Assembly (NCBI GenBank): GCA_020137815.1
Contig: CM035350.1
Location: forward strand, 3,720,001-3,784,000
From: Hormiphora californensis
Taxonomy: Eukaryota; Animalia; Ctenophora
Reading direction: 5' to 3'
DNA length: 64,000 bases
The notes under the pieces are model-generated. The model did no database searches. It was not told where the DNA came from and saw only the letters and a program-made list of their open reading frames with translations. Each line of letters begins with the position of its first letter. The first letter of the stretch is position 1. Below are positions 1 through 14,100 of this stretch, piece after piece. The position numbers and the translations under genes are program-made.

Positions 1-383
1 ACGTGATATTGGAATGCACAAAAATGTAGTACAGACGATCAAATTAGGGGCAAAGTGGCCCATGTTCCGGTGCAGAACATGGGCCACTTTGCCCCTAGTT
101 TGATCGTTTCGTCTAACAACACCAGGCACGTGATAAAATCGAGCAATGCTATTGGCTTGGGCCACTTTGCCCCGGTGCAAATTTTCCAAAAAACGCCTCA
201 CCAAATTATTTGAATTGATTAATTAACCCATTAAATAAAACTTGTAGATATTAAAATTAAGCTCGGCTGAAAGGAAAAGGTTTCATTGGATAGCCTATAT
301 AATTTTTTTCTTCCTGCTGTATAAATTGCGTATTTTAGAACCTAAAACGTTAAAAGTGGGCCACTTTTACCCCAGCTTACCCT
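1..383. mobile_element. Right part of a non-autonomous TIR element (MITE), truncated by window start
   Basis: GGGGCAAAGTGGCCCA / TGGGCCACTTTGCCCC subrepeats in both orientations (47-95, 159-173, 357-373); ends ...CTTACCC-TA, similar to the end of the element at 62956-63133. Confidence 0.5.
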
Positions 384-940
384 AATATAAATCTACCAAT
401 ACAATCAAGTTGTCACTTCGACCCCTCCCTTGGCCGTCTGATCGTTATTTAAAAAATGAAAAATATCGATAAATAACAAGTTTGAGGTGACAGCTTCAAA
501 TAATATACGTTGAACTTGTTTTATACTAATTTACCAAATTAAAGATAAGTCTTTAAGACATTAACTGACCACCTCTCATATGATTTGGTCCACGTTCACT
601 ATAATTATAAACCTCTGTCTTCCGCTTTTCCACTTCAATTTCCTGGTTTGCCTTTCGTTATCCCGAAACCCGGGGGGAAAAAAAACCCCCCCCCCCCCCC
701 GGGGGCCCCAAAAATCACCCCTCTTTTCCCACCTTCCCACCCTTTTTTTATCCCCCTAATTCCCAAATTTTTCTTCTCCTTTTCTCTCTCTCCCCTTATC
801 TCTCTCTCTCTCTCTCTCTCCTCTCTCTCCCCTCCTATCTCTCATTCTTTCTCTCGCTCTCCCCTCTCTCTTCTCTCTCTCTTTTCTACTCCTCTCCATC
901 TCATCTAAATCCGAAATTTCTACACTCTCTCTCCCTCCAG

Positions 941-3900
941 ATATAAGAAAGTGTATGGGTCGCCTCTGTTAGATAGTAAACTGTTGAGTGGGGAAGTATG
1001 GCATCTCCTCCTTGCAGAGAACCTTGTCGAATACCAGCTATCTTCACTGTTTATACAGGTACGGGATAGTTGTTCACAAAAACACAACGATTACAGAAAT
1101 CAAAAGCAAAGGTAAAAGTAATCCTTGATTGCTTTTGTGAATCGATTGCTTTTCTGTCAGAGCATTGGCGATTGGCCTGAGCTTATAATCGGAGCACGCG
1201 AGAACTGCGGTCAGAGCATTGCCGCATTGGCCTGCTTTTGAGTTTTGCTTTTGTGAATATGGGGTTCAATCGACTATGTATTACATAGTATGTAATTTGC
1301 AGCTTGGGTCACCCAAGTTAGGTGTAAAATAGTGTATAGTGTGTTATCAACTACATATTGTTCAGGGTTATGATGTGATGCTGTTACTAGACGTTTTGTT
1401 GTCACAGCAGGGGGTGAACAATGTTAAACAAGTCATTGACAAAGGTAACATCATTTTTCAATTTTATGTTTTCCGTCCTAGTTTTGTCATAGCATGTAAT
1501 ACAATTTATTCGCACAGACTTGAGATTTCTCTCTCTCTTTCATTTGCTCAGATTCTGCTTCAACCCTATAACCAGATGCCCAATGTCTCCCTCTCCTCAG
1601 ATCTGCTGAAGAAGTTGGAGAACGCCCTTTGCAACGAAGAGGAGGTTACGAGCGTAATGCATGAGGTAGTAAGGCGCGGTGACACCGCCGCGGTCCTGTG
1701 CTCTCTCCTCACTGCCCAGCACTCACCGCAACATAAAGTGTCGCGCGCGCACGCGGTAAAATGTGACGCGCGCACGAACATCTGCGAGGCGAGGCAAAGA
1801 GCACACAACCGTTATCCCGGATGGTAATGGGATAAGCAGAGAGAAGGATGTGAAACCGAAGAAGAAAGAGAGCAAGATTATTGTCTGTATGTATGGAACT
1901 GTTGCCATAGCAACAAGAACTAATTTCATAGCAGGGAGTTAGAGAGATCAGAGTGAGAGAGATAGTAAATATAACGAGAGAGGGCGAGAGGACGACTATT
2001 CGACAAGTATCAAATTATAGTTCGCTCAATCAAATCACATATGGTTTATAACACTTAATCTGACCACTGCATTCTTTTCAGGGAGGAGTGCAGACAAGAG
2101 ATCAGGTTGCTCTGTCCAATGGAAAAGGTAAGATGGAAATATGAAGTTGTTATTGACAACTAATTTGTTTTACTAATTAGTTTATCATATCTTCAATTAA
2201 ATGAATTGATCTTACTGTTTATAATAGTGTATACCGAAACATTGTCAGGCGACTCAAATCATATCCTCAATCCTGAATTTAAACAATTCTTCCTCAGCTG
2301 TTGACACAAGTGATTTGACGGCCTATTTTACATTACGAATTGGGGAACATCTTTCAAACCGGCTCACAAAACATGCATTATTCATTCTTATTGCTCGGTC
2401 GGAGGTAGGTACAGCAGCTGCTATAATACCTGTCTGGCGGCATCCCGCCCCGTTTTGTTCCTCAAGTACACTCAGAACCGGTACGTGCCGCCAGACAGTG
2501 GTTTACTTATACCGCAAGAAGAGATGTAGGGGTGGTCATCATATAGGACCACTATTAGTGGTGAATAATTTTCGAGGGCGAGCGGTAAAGTCCATTTTTC
2601 AACTTTTCACCCACCCCCGGTGCGTGTGTCAACAAGAATTATTGCATTATGTATTCATAATGCGGTGTTTCCCTGCCACAAATGGATTTGAAATTGATGA
2701 ATAAGCTTCAAAACTGGATTTCCTGATGAATTTTGTGGTCAAAGAGCATTTTTGGTTGATGCGATGCTGGTTACTAAGGTAACTAGGTTAGTTGCTATGG
2801 TAACGAAAGCAACTGCTATGGTAACCAAAACAGTTGCTATGGCAACCAAGGCAGTTGCTTAGAAGACCCCAGTTGGTTACCAAGTGCTTCAACTTTAACC
2901 GCATCCCAACTTGAGTCACTAGTGTAGACAGTAGTTCATGCTTGGAAGACGTTCAACCACTTCATGGCATGGCTGTAGGGCGCCCAAAGTGATTTCCGGT
3001 GATAGTGGGAAGTGCTATCAGCGAGTAATTGTGCGCCACAATGTGAGTTAATCATTTCTTTTGTTGAATCAACGAAGCGGAGATGAAAGTTTTATGAAGG
3101 AGCAGACTTGTTGTCAGGCGTTGTCCGTGACGGACGGACGGACGGACATTTAGTTAACCCCCACGATCTGCTGATTTCTAAACCCTGAATGATCTTTTTA
3201 GCACGTGCGTGCTAAAAACATCATTCACCCGGGCAGGGAAAAAATGATAAATATCACACACGCACGAATTTGGGAGAATTGGGGCGAAAAGTTGAATAAA
3301 TGGACTTTATGGTATATTTTGATGAACCCTTGAGCCGAGACTACTAGCAGTATTTATCTGCGCTAAACATCTGTCAGTATAGTCTAGACAGTAGACCTAT
3401 CAAATGATGGGAGAGAGAGAACGGGAAAGTAGAAAATTCAGTTCTGTTCAGGTCGATTTACACGAAATATCGGTCGAGTACGAGCTACGCCACAGTGAGT
3501 CACTGTGGAAGAGGCTAGCTGAGGTGCACCCTAAACTTCATCTCCTGGATCACTGCTCCCCCAAACAGGTAAAATAAGGATGGGACATGCCCTTCGAGAT
3601 TTTATAATTTCCTCTCGTTTCAATTATTTTCCTCATTATCCTGTATAATAGTGTCATCGCATCGCCCGAGAGAGTCTTCCAATAGTAAATACTGTGTAGT
3701 GGTTTGATGGTTATTAGGATCTGGTATTCTAAACGTTATTTACAATCACTGATATATTTGGAACAACCAAACATTGGGGGTGTGTATGAAAGTATCATCT
3801 CTGTACTGAATTTGGGTCTGCTTTTTGTACTCCGAAAGATAGTTGCAATGCATAGTGAGAGAGTTCGACCGCCGAACATGGAGTACAGAGTAATAAGGTG

Positions 3901-3989
3901 GTATTACCTGTCAAGAGACCTGTCACAGAGAGGACGAGCCGACGAGGTCTCTCGTTCTTTTTATGCACCTCTACCTCTCTCGCTAGATG

Positions 3990-4034
<45 letters not shown>

Positions 4035-4079
4035 ATTATCGGCTCTCTCCTATCTCTCTCTTATCTCTCTCTCTTTCTT

Positions 4080-4121
<42 letters not shown>

Positions 4122-7100
4122 CCATTACCCTTCTGACCCCCGACTCTGTCTCACTCTTCAGCGTTATTGCGTTAACCCTTCTAATCTGTACAACTATTTT
4201 TGTCTCTGCGTGCCCTCTCTCTCTATCCTCTATCGATTCTCTCTCTCTAGCTCTCTCCGCATCTCTCTCTCTACGTCTTCTATATCCTCTCTGTATCTCT
4301 CTCTCGTCTATATCTTATGCTCTCGATACTATCTCTCTATCTATCTCTCTCTCTCTCTTCTCTCTCTCTCTCTTCTCTCTCCTCTCTCTCTACTCTCTCT
4401 TACTCTCACTCTCTCACTCTCTTTCTCTTTCCATCTCTCTCGCTCTTTCTCTCTCTCTGTCTGACTCGATCTTGTCATCTGCCTTCGTCTAACCTCTTCT
4501 ATACTGCAGAACACTCTCGTTTCTTTATTTCGCAACTTCAACTGCTTTTTATTTTGCTTTTTTTTGCTGCAGTTATTGGATTGTACCACCTTTTGGAACC
4601 AAAACCCTTGCTAATTGTTAATATAGAAATGCGAAAATAATATCAGTTTACGGGTTATTGTTGAGTCGGTTAACCACGGTTTCTATCCTGAGAACTACTA
4701 AGTACAATATCATATTCCAAGTGCATGTTCTTGTCAGAACTTGAGTTACATGCAGTGATCTAGATCTAAGTTGTAATCCACCCTAAAATCTGTTAGGTCC
4801 TCACAGCTGACGGATCATCGGACGGTGGCACTGACCTAAACGCCAAAGCAGAAATGTATAACTTTAACAAGCCTGAAGAAGCATGGACAGAACGACAACG
4901 ACCTCCCCCGGCTATGAATGTCGACGGTAAGATTTGAGTGGTGATTGTTCGGGGATTATTTGTTATGCCCCCCCCCCCCCCCCATTGTTGTTAGTGTCAA
5001 GAGTGTCATCTGCTTTTATCACATTATTTTTGAACGAAATTAGACCCTGTTTTGTACTTGGTTACGAAGTTACCCCTTGCCAGCGCGCGCGAAAGTATAT
5101 ATTATATACTATCATTTAGCAATGTTTAGGGCAATTTGAAATAAAAAAGATTGTGTCTCTGAGATAATCACTCACGCAGCCCAACCCCCCCCCCATGCAT
5201 TCCAGATGAGTTGAGGGAACTCCACGCCCTGCTATCAAGGAAGGCGATCGGAGAGGGCGAGGTATCAGCCATGGTTGTGAAGCTGGCATCACCTGGTCAT
5301 GACGTCATAACTCTGTTCAGTGACATCCATCAGCAGGTACTGTGTGTCCCTCATGCTACTACTACAGCTGTTTAGTGACTAATGACTAACATGCAGTAAA
5401 TTGCGTACAGTTACACAACCCATGCCATATTGGTATAGTCAAATCCAGAGAAGCATCGACGATAGAGAGAGAGAGGCAGGAGCGAGAGAGAGAGAGAGGC
5501 GCAGAGAGAAGTAGAAGAGAGAGAGAGAGAGAGATAGGAAGCGTAGAGAGAGAGAGAGAGAAGTAGAATAGAGAGCTGAGAGGAGAGGATGCTCCCCACC
5601 TCGCGTTGCTCTCTCTATCTTCTCCTCTCTCTCTCTCTCTCTCGAAAAAAGCCCTGGGTTTTTTAAAAATTGATGTCCCCCCCTTTAAAAATTTTTTTTA
5701 TTAAGTTTGACGGTTTTCAATTTGGAGGGGGATGTAAAAAGGGGGGAAAAGGGGGAAAAAAAGGGGGGGGGGAAAATTTTCGGGGAAAAGGGGGGGGGAA
5801 AATTTTGGTTCAGGGGAAAGGGAAAGGGGGAATTTTTGGGGGTTAAGTTCCCCCCCCCCCCCCCAGGGGTGTAAGGGGTTTAGTTTTATCCAATTTTTTA
5901 AAAAATGAAGGAGGACGGCCCCCCGAAGGGGGGAAAGTAAAAAAACAGAGGAGGAAGAAAAAAAAAGATTGGGTTTAATTTTCCCTTCCAAAGCCCCCCC
6001 CCCCCCCCTTTCATTCCTTTTTGGGGCTCCCGCCCTCTTCCTAAATTCCTTTTTCTGGCTCCCCTTCAACCCCTTAATTTTTCTACTCCTCCCTTTTTTC
6101 CCTCTTCTCTCTTTCCCCAACAAATTTGATAAAGGCAAAAATTTTCCCCGCCGTTCACAAACCCCCGGGGCCATTTTTCAAGGAAAAGGGCAAAGGATCA
6201 AACCCCAAAACGGACCGGCGGGAAAGAAGGGGAAAGGGGAAAGAGGGGCAAGAAAAGCAAAAAGGGAAGGGGAAAGGGAAGGGGAAAGGGGGAAAAAAAA
6301 GGGAAAAAGACGAAGGGGGAAATCCCCCTTTTCCCCCCCGTTTTTCCCCTTCCCTTCCCCCTTTCCCCCCTTTTTCTCTTTTTTCCCCCTCTTTTAAAAA
6401 ATTTTTAGGGAAGGAAACTTAAGGGGCCCCCCCGGGGGAGAAGAAAACGCGGGGCGTTTAAAAGGGGGGGCCCCTACTGAAAACCCAGAAATTGGCCGGT
6501 TAAAAAAAACCTTTTCCCCCAAAATAGGCCAAAGGTACCCTTTCGAGTAACCCAAAGGAAACCCCGGAAAAATGCAAAAATCTTCCCCCTTAAAAATGAA
6601 AGAACAACATCGCGTGACTCCCCCCTTGCCCGCCCTTTTTGGGGGGACCTTTCCGCAAGGAAAACTTTTGGCAAAAACGGAAGACGAACACTTTTTCATA
6701 AGGGACTCGGTTGGAAGTAAAAAGGTAAATTGGAGACAAAAGAGGAAGTTCAGTTCCCCCAAAAAGAATTACATTTTTAAAAAGAGGGGTGGAAATTAGG
6801 GTTTTAGATTTTTAAACACAATGGAAAATTTAAAATTTAAACAAATTATTTTTTTTTCCCCCTTTTAACATGCAGAAAAAACCAAAAAAAATTAAATACC
6901 CCCCTGGGGTCACCCTTAAGAATGACAACAGGGAAGATGCCAAAGGGGATGCCCCGGGGGCACAATTTGGGGTGAGGCAAAACCTAGGGGACGGGAAAGG
7001 GGGGGTCATTTTGGTAAAAACGGATGACAGTGGGGGGGGGGTTTAATTTTGATATAGAAAGGGGGAATTTTAATCGGAAAATTTAAAAACCCAAATTTAA

Positions 7101-10100
7101 CAATTTTCCCCAAAGGGGGTTAAAAATTTAAAAAAAACCCCCTGAGGCCCAAAGTTTGGGGGGAAACCCTAAATTTTTGGGGGTAAACAAAAACCACCGT
7201 ATCTGAAAACACAGGTGATAAAAAAGCTAAATGCCCCAAAAAGTTTATAGGATTGGGAAAACCGCGGAAAAAACAAGCCGTTCAGTTAGATAACAAGGAA
7301 ACCCCGTTTCCCTTCAAGCAAAGGAAGATAATTAAAAGGGAAAACAACAAAATAAAAACAGGAAAATCCTTTTCCAGTAAAAAGGGGGGGACCCAAAACC
7401 CGCTAAATAAAGGTTAAAAATGGGCCAACCCTTAAAAAACGGGCCTTTTAAATTTGGGGGGGGAAAAGCGATACCACCTGTCAAGGGAAAAAAGGTTTTT
7501 AAACTGCAGGGAAAAAAATCCAAAACAACCCTTCCCCCAAAACCAAAACAAAACTTTTCTTGGTTGACGTCAATTAAAATTTGGGGGGTTTTCTTCCTCA
7601 GGATTCCCAATTTGAAGAAAAAAGGTTTGCAGAAAACCTGGGTAAAAACGGGGTTTTTAAAAAACCCTTTTTCGCGATCTTTTAAAATCTTCTTTCTTAT
7701 TCAACCACCCCAGTTTTTTTTAGCTTTTTCTGATGCAAACCTTCACAGCGACGTGAGATCCGGTTTAAAAAGTAGCCGTAGTGGGACTCGCAGACAGGAC
7801 CTTAAAGAGGTTTGGGAATAGTTAGCAACGGGGTGTACTCTCCAAAGTTGGGGATTAAAACGCGAGGGGACAAGTTTGGGGGAAGACTTACAACAGAATG
7901 GTCATTATAGGACATTTGTAACCAGCAGGGGGGCCCGGACTTCACCGAGAGGAAAGTTTATGCGTGGAGGAGGTTGGGTGTCATAGATCAAACTTTGATA
8001 TTTGGAACTCTGGCCCATTTAGGGGATTTGGGTGATCGGAGAAGGGCTTTTCTTTCACAGGAGCGCCGGATCGAGGACACAACCAGTACAAAAAAATTGG
8101 GTGGGTCAAAAAACAAAACAGGGATGAGGGTATTCAACACGGGAAGAGAGTGGCGAGGGAAAGGGAAAATTTTTAGAGCGTATTTTGGGAAAAAATACGG
8201 GAAAAACTGAAGACCAGAGGATTTGTACAAGGAGTTTTGAGGAAATAAGAAGCAGGGAAAATATTCATCTCGAAAAAGACTTTTGTCGATAAGCAAACCA
8301 TTCTGGAACTTTAACTGTGGGATAAAAAAAATCTCCAAGGGCTACGACAATAAATTTAGGCGAAAAAAATGGAAAAAGAACTCGTGGAAGCAGCGAAACC
8401 CATTTCAAGGAGAGTGATAAGGTAAAAACAAGTGGAACATTGAACGTTTAAAGGGTTAAATGGCACGACAGTTTTTTTTTCGGGGGAAAGCGCACAGAGG
8501 ATTGTCTGGCCCAAGGGAAATTTCATGGGGTTTTTTGGATTTAAAGGCCCCCTGAAAACAGTAATCAGAAAAGAAGATTTTTACTTTTTAAGAGTATTTA
8601 AAGGGGAACCCCAAAGAACGGGGATTCGATGAAGAGGAGTACAGGCGGAGGCAGGCGTGGAGGACATCATGCAGTGGTTTTAAGGAAAGAGGAACCAGGA
8701 GAGGAAAACCCATAAATGCAAGTGGAACAAAGGGAGAAGGGGAAAACGGGCGTCTCAGCACAGGATTGGGGGGGGAAAAGGCCAGGGAAATGGAGATGGG
8801 GTTCACCCGAGAACTCTGAAAATATGGGAGTCGGCAGAAAAACTTTGGGCCCGAGTTATTCGTTGGTTTTGAAGTGTTCGTAGGCCTGGAGGCATCAACG
8901 GTTCCTTTCAAAAAAGCGGGGGAAAGAGCTCATTTTAAAAACCGGGGGTCCTTCCCCCTTTCCCCCATCAGATGACAGGTAAACTTTTGAGGGGTGTTAG
9001 ACGAAAAGAGGGACCAGTATAGCAAAAACTTTTGCTCGAAGATGAACAGGAAGGATTTTCCCAAAACCGGAGCTGTACTGAATCTATCCAAAATGCTGGC
9101 AACTCACGAAAAACCCGTAGGAGAAAGGCAACCGCCTACTTTTTGATAATTTCGGAAGGTTTTTGACAGGGGCCCGTTCCCTCCTCATCTAAAAAAATCA
9201 TCGTTAGGAAGTGGCAGATCTGAAGTTACCCCTTCGTTAGAAAACCGTTTGGGCTTTTTAAAGAAAAAGGGAAAGGTGGGCGAGCCAGAACTGGGGGGAA
9301 CCACGGTTTCCACAAGGAGCAGAAATTTTCCCCTCTCCTTTTTACCTTTAAGGAGTCTTGACTACGAGAAATACCAAGATTTCGCACCACACTAAACATT
9401 AAAATTTGGACGGGGGGCGAGTTATCATGGCAGAAAAAGAAGTAAATCATCTAGCAAAGAGTCTAAAATACATCCACGAATGGTGTAGGCTTGGCGGGGT
9501 GGTGAACGGGGGAAAAAAGACAAGACTAAAAACCCTGGGGTTCGTCCAAAAGATCAAAACCCCCGGGACAGTATTCCCAAAAAATTTACCTCGGAAGAAG
9601 GGAAAATTTATAGCAGTTTCCAGCTTTTTGGGCTTTTCCCTAGACAAAGACCGAACTTTAAAAAATGCTCCTTTTACCTAAAGAAATGTGGTTTTAGGGG
9701 GAGCTCTCGACATCCCCAACAGGGAAGGATGGACTGAATAGTACTTCGTTGGTTTACTTTCAAAACAGGGTGCTACGAAGCTTTAGCGGCCCCCTCGGCT
9801 GGAAGACCCGGTATCAAGCTTTTAAAAAAACCTCAGGTCGAGCCAAACTAAAATCCCGGGAAGTCAGTTTTTATGTCCCAAATGATAGGAGACCTTCTCC
9901 AAACGTACCCCCTCTTGCGTCCTTGAGGATTCTGACGATCAAATTTGTGCTGAAAGGGTTGCTAGCTGAGGATAGCATCAGTGCCAAACTTCTACAAATT
10001 GACTCGGAACCGTACCATAAGTTCGCACATCATCTAACCATGACCAAATGCTATCTCCGATGGGTGGAGGACCAGGATCAGGAGAGTACAGATGCTAATG

Positions 10101-11081
10101 TTCCGGCAGCTACGAGAAGAAGGAGCTTTCTCAGAAGATGTGACTTGATAAACTATGAGCGAGATCAGCTATTGTACACCAAAGGAGAAATAGACGACTA
10201 CGGATACAAACTATGGGATGATACCGTCAAACAACAAATGGAACACCTTTTCAAAACCGATGAATATACGCTGGAACCTAGTCACACGGTAGAGGACTTG
10301 AGAAGACTGGTCAACACAAGGGAAGTTGTTCTCACCCCTCTTCTCCATCGAGCTCTCAGTAGAGGAGAATCTACGGCGATTATCGACTTCACTCACGGTC
10401 ATAATCTACGTTTTCAGAACTTTGCGTTCCGGTATCTGCAGCACGACAGCACGGTGTCCGTTCCGACATGCCTAGAGTGTGGGTTGTTGCCCGACTCATC
10501 TTACCACAAACTATTTGAATGTGTATCTGCAGGGGCAGTGTCTGCTCTAAGACAGGAGCTTAGTTCTTTAGCCATCTACGAATTAAACTACCGTATCCCC
10601 TTAATATTTTGTCAAGACAAAAACGTGAAACGCAAGTTCAGAATGCTAGTAGCACATATATTAGAGAATTCTACATTTGATGATAATCTATTGACGTAAC
10701 GTAGCAGCTATCGTAAGTTTATACTTTATTTAGTAGGTAAATTAGTTATCCAAGTCATAAATTAGTCTCTAATTAATCTTAAATTAGTCTTGAATTAGTC
10801 TTAATTAAGTCTTAAATTAGTCCTAAATTAGTCTTAAGTTTTCTACTTCAAAATCTTAAATTTTCGTCTTAAAATTTAATTTACGTGTGATTCCGTGAAA
10901 ATAATCTTTTTACTATTTTTACTATAGCCTAGTAATGTAGCTTTTCTCTGCTACATTACATAGCTTAATTAACCATTATTACTATCGTTATCTTATTAAC
11001 TTATTACATTACTTAATTTATTAACTGTATTAATCATTATCTGTTACAACTATTATATTACTACAGCACTAATATAATATA

Positions 11082-11117
<36 letters not shown>

Positions 11118-14100
11118 TTATCACTAAGTTTAGAGAAATCAAGAGCATAGAATCTAATCAGCAGTGAATCTTTTCAGTTGTTAATTCCGTATAGCTTACA
11201 AGAAAGAAGCGTTATGTATTATGTATACAAGATTTAATAATAATAATAATAATCTCTATCTCTCTCTCTCCTCAGGATCTACTAGAGATGCTAGATAAGA
11301 AGCTACCGCTGGAGACATTCCGGATTCTCCAGTGTCTTCTCCAGGGTTACTCCCACTCCTCAGCACAGCTCCTTGTTAGGGCCATCCAGGATAACGACCA
11401 CACCACAATAGATCAGGTGAGAGTAGTTGTAATATTTGGTCAGTATGTTTAGGTGGTTAGTTAGGTGGTTTAGGCGCCAGACCCCAATTTGATTCGACAG
11501 TGCGCTCAGATGGGGTCAGACATGTTAGGGTAGTCATTTCAGCATTGTTGGTTACTGGTTAGTTTATCCCGATCAAGACTAGTTAAAAATAATATGAAGG
11601 ACCTAAAAAAAGGTTTCCGTAGTAAAAATGCTAGATCCTGATTGTGCAATCTCTGTCAGGTTCTGATGGTGCTCCTGTGTTCTAGCCCGTCGCAACTAGC
11701 GGAGATCGATTCGGCGTACATGAAGTGTTCAGGTAAGATAAAATTCGTGTTCATATGTTAAGTGTTTATCCGATATTTCTGTTGCTATAACATATATGTT
11801 CTAACTAAAGCTAAATAGTGAGGGAAGGTATAGAGCAACGCAACATGTGTCTCAACTCCTGTCTCTCACAATCGTAAATTTCCTTCCGACTGTTATCAAA
11901 AACTTCTCCGAAAAAAAAACTAACGCTCTTTTATTCACATTTCCTGAGACTCTTTGGTTCACATTTAATAACATTATATGGGTACATCCGCTACTAGCTT
12001 ATCCATTAATATTATCAGGCATATAATATTCTCTCCCAGTACCCGAATATAATTTCTAGGTATGTCTAGTCACCTAGTTCTGCATGGGTGAGAGAGGGTG
12101 ACCAGCCAATATACTGACTCCCTCTATCCCATTATCTTTTATGAACTCTTCTCTTATCAAATATCTTTACAGCTCCGGGAGCCAAGAAGTCCCTTTCTGA
12201 AACACTCAACGAGAATCTGATGGGGGAGTTTCAGAGATTCGTCTCCGCCATTATGAAGGTACGGTTGATCCAGGGGTGGTACCGGGTAAAATGTGATCAG
12301 GTGATTTGTCAAGGCTCTTCGCAAGCAAAGGCCTTTGAAAACATATGCCGATATATTCTGAGCCATATGACTGAATATCATTTTCCCTTAGCAGATGCTC
12401 ACTAGTAAAAGAACCTATTCTTCTTTGCGTCAGGTTTCGTAATAATGTGAACTCATGTTAAACATGGGTTCAAGACACGATTTCTAGACCAAGTTCCTGG
12501 ATTCTTTCCAAATAGAACTTCCTCTTCCGCAGTAGTATGTTATGCACATCTCGGGGTGCATTACATGAACCCTCCCCCGTAATAATTAGTATTTGTTATA
12601 CCCCCTACCGATAAGACTTATTATTCCAGGGAGATAGGGACCTCGGCAATGCCACAGACGAAGACCTGGCGAAGGCAGATGCTCGAATTCTCTCAAAAGT
12701 ATGTTCAAACCGGTTTAAAGGGAATGTTAATTAGAGGGGTTCGGTACGTATTAATTCTACCCAATACAAAATTAACGGTGAATTGGATCCTAATTTTTTC
12801 CCTTTTTTCGCCGGTCTTGTAAACTGATAATTTCAACCTACTTTTTTCTCATCCCCCCACACATGACACAAAAAAGCGTCTTATCATTTCGCATTACAAG
12901 TGCAGCACGTGAGAATGGGTGTGAAAATTCCGAGAATATGTTGGGGTTTGGTCCATAAAAACATGGTTGTGCGTTTTATTTTGGCGAGTAACATCATTCA
13001 TATTACTCATTCTACATAATTTCTCAGTCCCTCTGCTTCATATTATGAAGCGGGGGACTGAGAAATTATGCAGAATTCACAGCCACACCCAGTGGATAAA
13101 AATTACGGTAATTTGTTGGTGACATTTGATAGGTTGTCAAAACAAAATCAAAGAAAGAACTTTCGAAAACTTTTCAATAACCGATAAATTATGGTTTTCG
13201 TGTCTTTTATGTTTCGGTGTATTTTCCTCAGAGTACAGACTTCAAGTGGACAGACGAGGACAATGTTTTCAATGAAGTCTTCATAAAGAGGAACATGAGC
13301 CAACTTCGCCTTACATTCCATCATTATACCGAGGTACTATAATTATGTGATATTTTAACTAAGGTGTTGGCATCAAAGGTGCATTTCTCAAAGAAGTGCC
13401 GTCTCTCAAACAGCAAGCAAACCTCCAATGTCCCAAAAGTGTTATTATAAACAACGATCATGTTTGTAGGATACGGGTTCGGATATAACAGACGTTATAC
13501 TGGAAGAGTTCTCCTTGCATCTCCAGAAAGCACTACTGAACTTAGGTATGTCAATTATATATCACATACTCAATATATTGGGTGGGTTTGGTGGGGAATG
13601 TATGTGCATTATATATTGGGTGGGTTTGGTGGGGAATGTATGTGCATTATATATTGGGTGGGTTTGGTGGGGAATGTATGTGCATTATATATTGGGTGGG
13701 TTTGGTGGTGAATGTATGTGCATTATATATATTGGGTGGGTTTGGTGTGAACTTCCCACTGGGAAGACTGAAGAGGGTGAGCACTAAACATGGGGTTCGT
13801 CTGGAACCGGATCAGGGGTTCAAAAGAGAGGTCATTACTTCATGGTTTGAGTATACAATGCACACATAAAACCCGTGTGTCTTCACCCTAGTATACATCG
13901 CTGAGAATGGCCTCCCAACCTTCCTCGCAAAGATGGTGTTTGAGTCCAAGTCTAAAACCCACTTTCTTAATGTCCTAATTTGGATCATTGCATCTCGGTT
14001 TAAGGTGAGAGATTGTGTAGCTGGTAGAAATGTTGAAGGTGCTGTGTATGTGGAGTAATAATGGAAAGCATTTGATATCGTGTTATGTTTTGGAATAGCT

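Noticed and set aside
3704-4640. ORFs of 82-262 aa rich in SL/ER
   Set aside because: Translations of CT/GA microsatellite; the same applies at 27443, 40350-41479, 46088, 50243, 52707-53254, 57713 and 63208.
5640-9900. Many K/G/P/F-rich ORFs and extreme homopolymer runs
   Set aside because: Runs of all four bases overwrite a recognisable LINE and fade out near 9900; this looks like low-quality consensus, not proteins or biological hypermutation. The same pattern occurs at ~660-780.
13460-13869. Repetitive Trp/Gly/Cys ORFs resembling a repeat array
   Set aside because: Intronic 38-bp minisatellite with no unique spacers; neither CRISPR nor coding.
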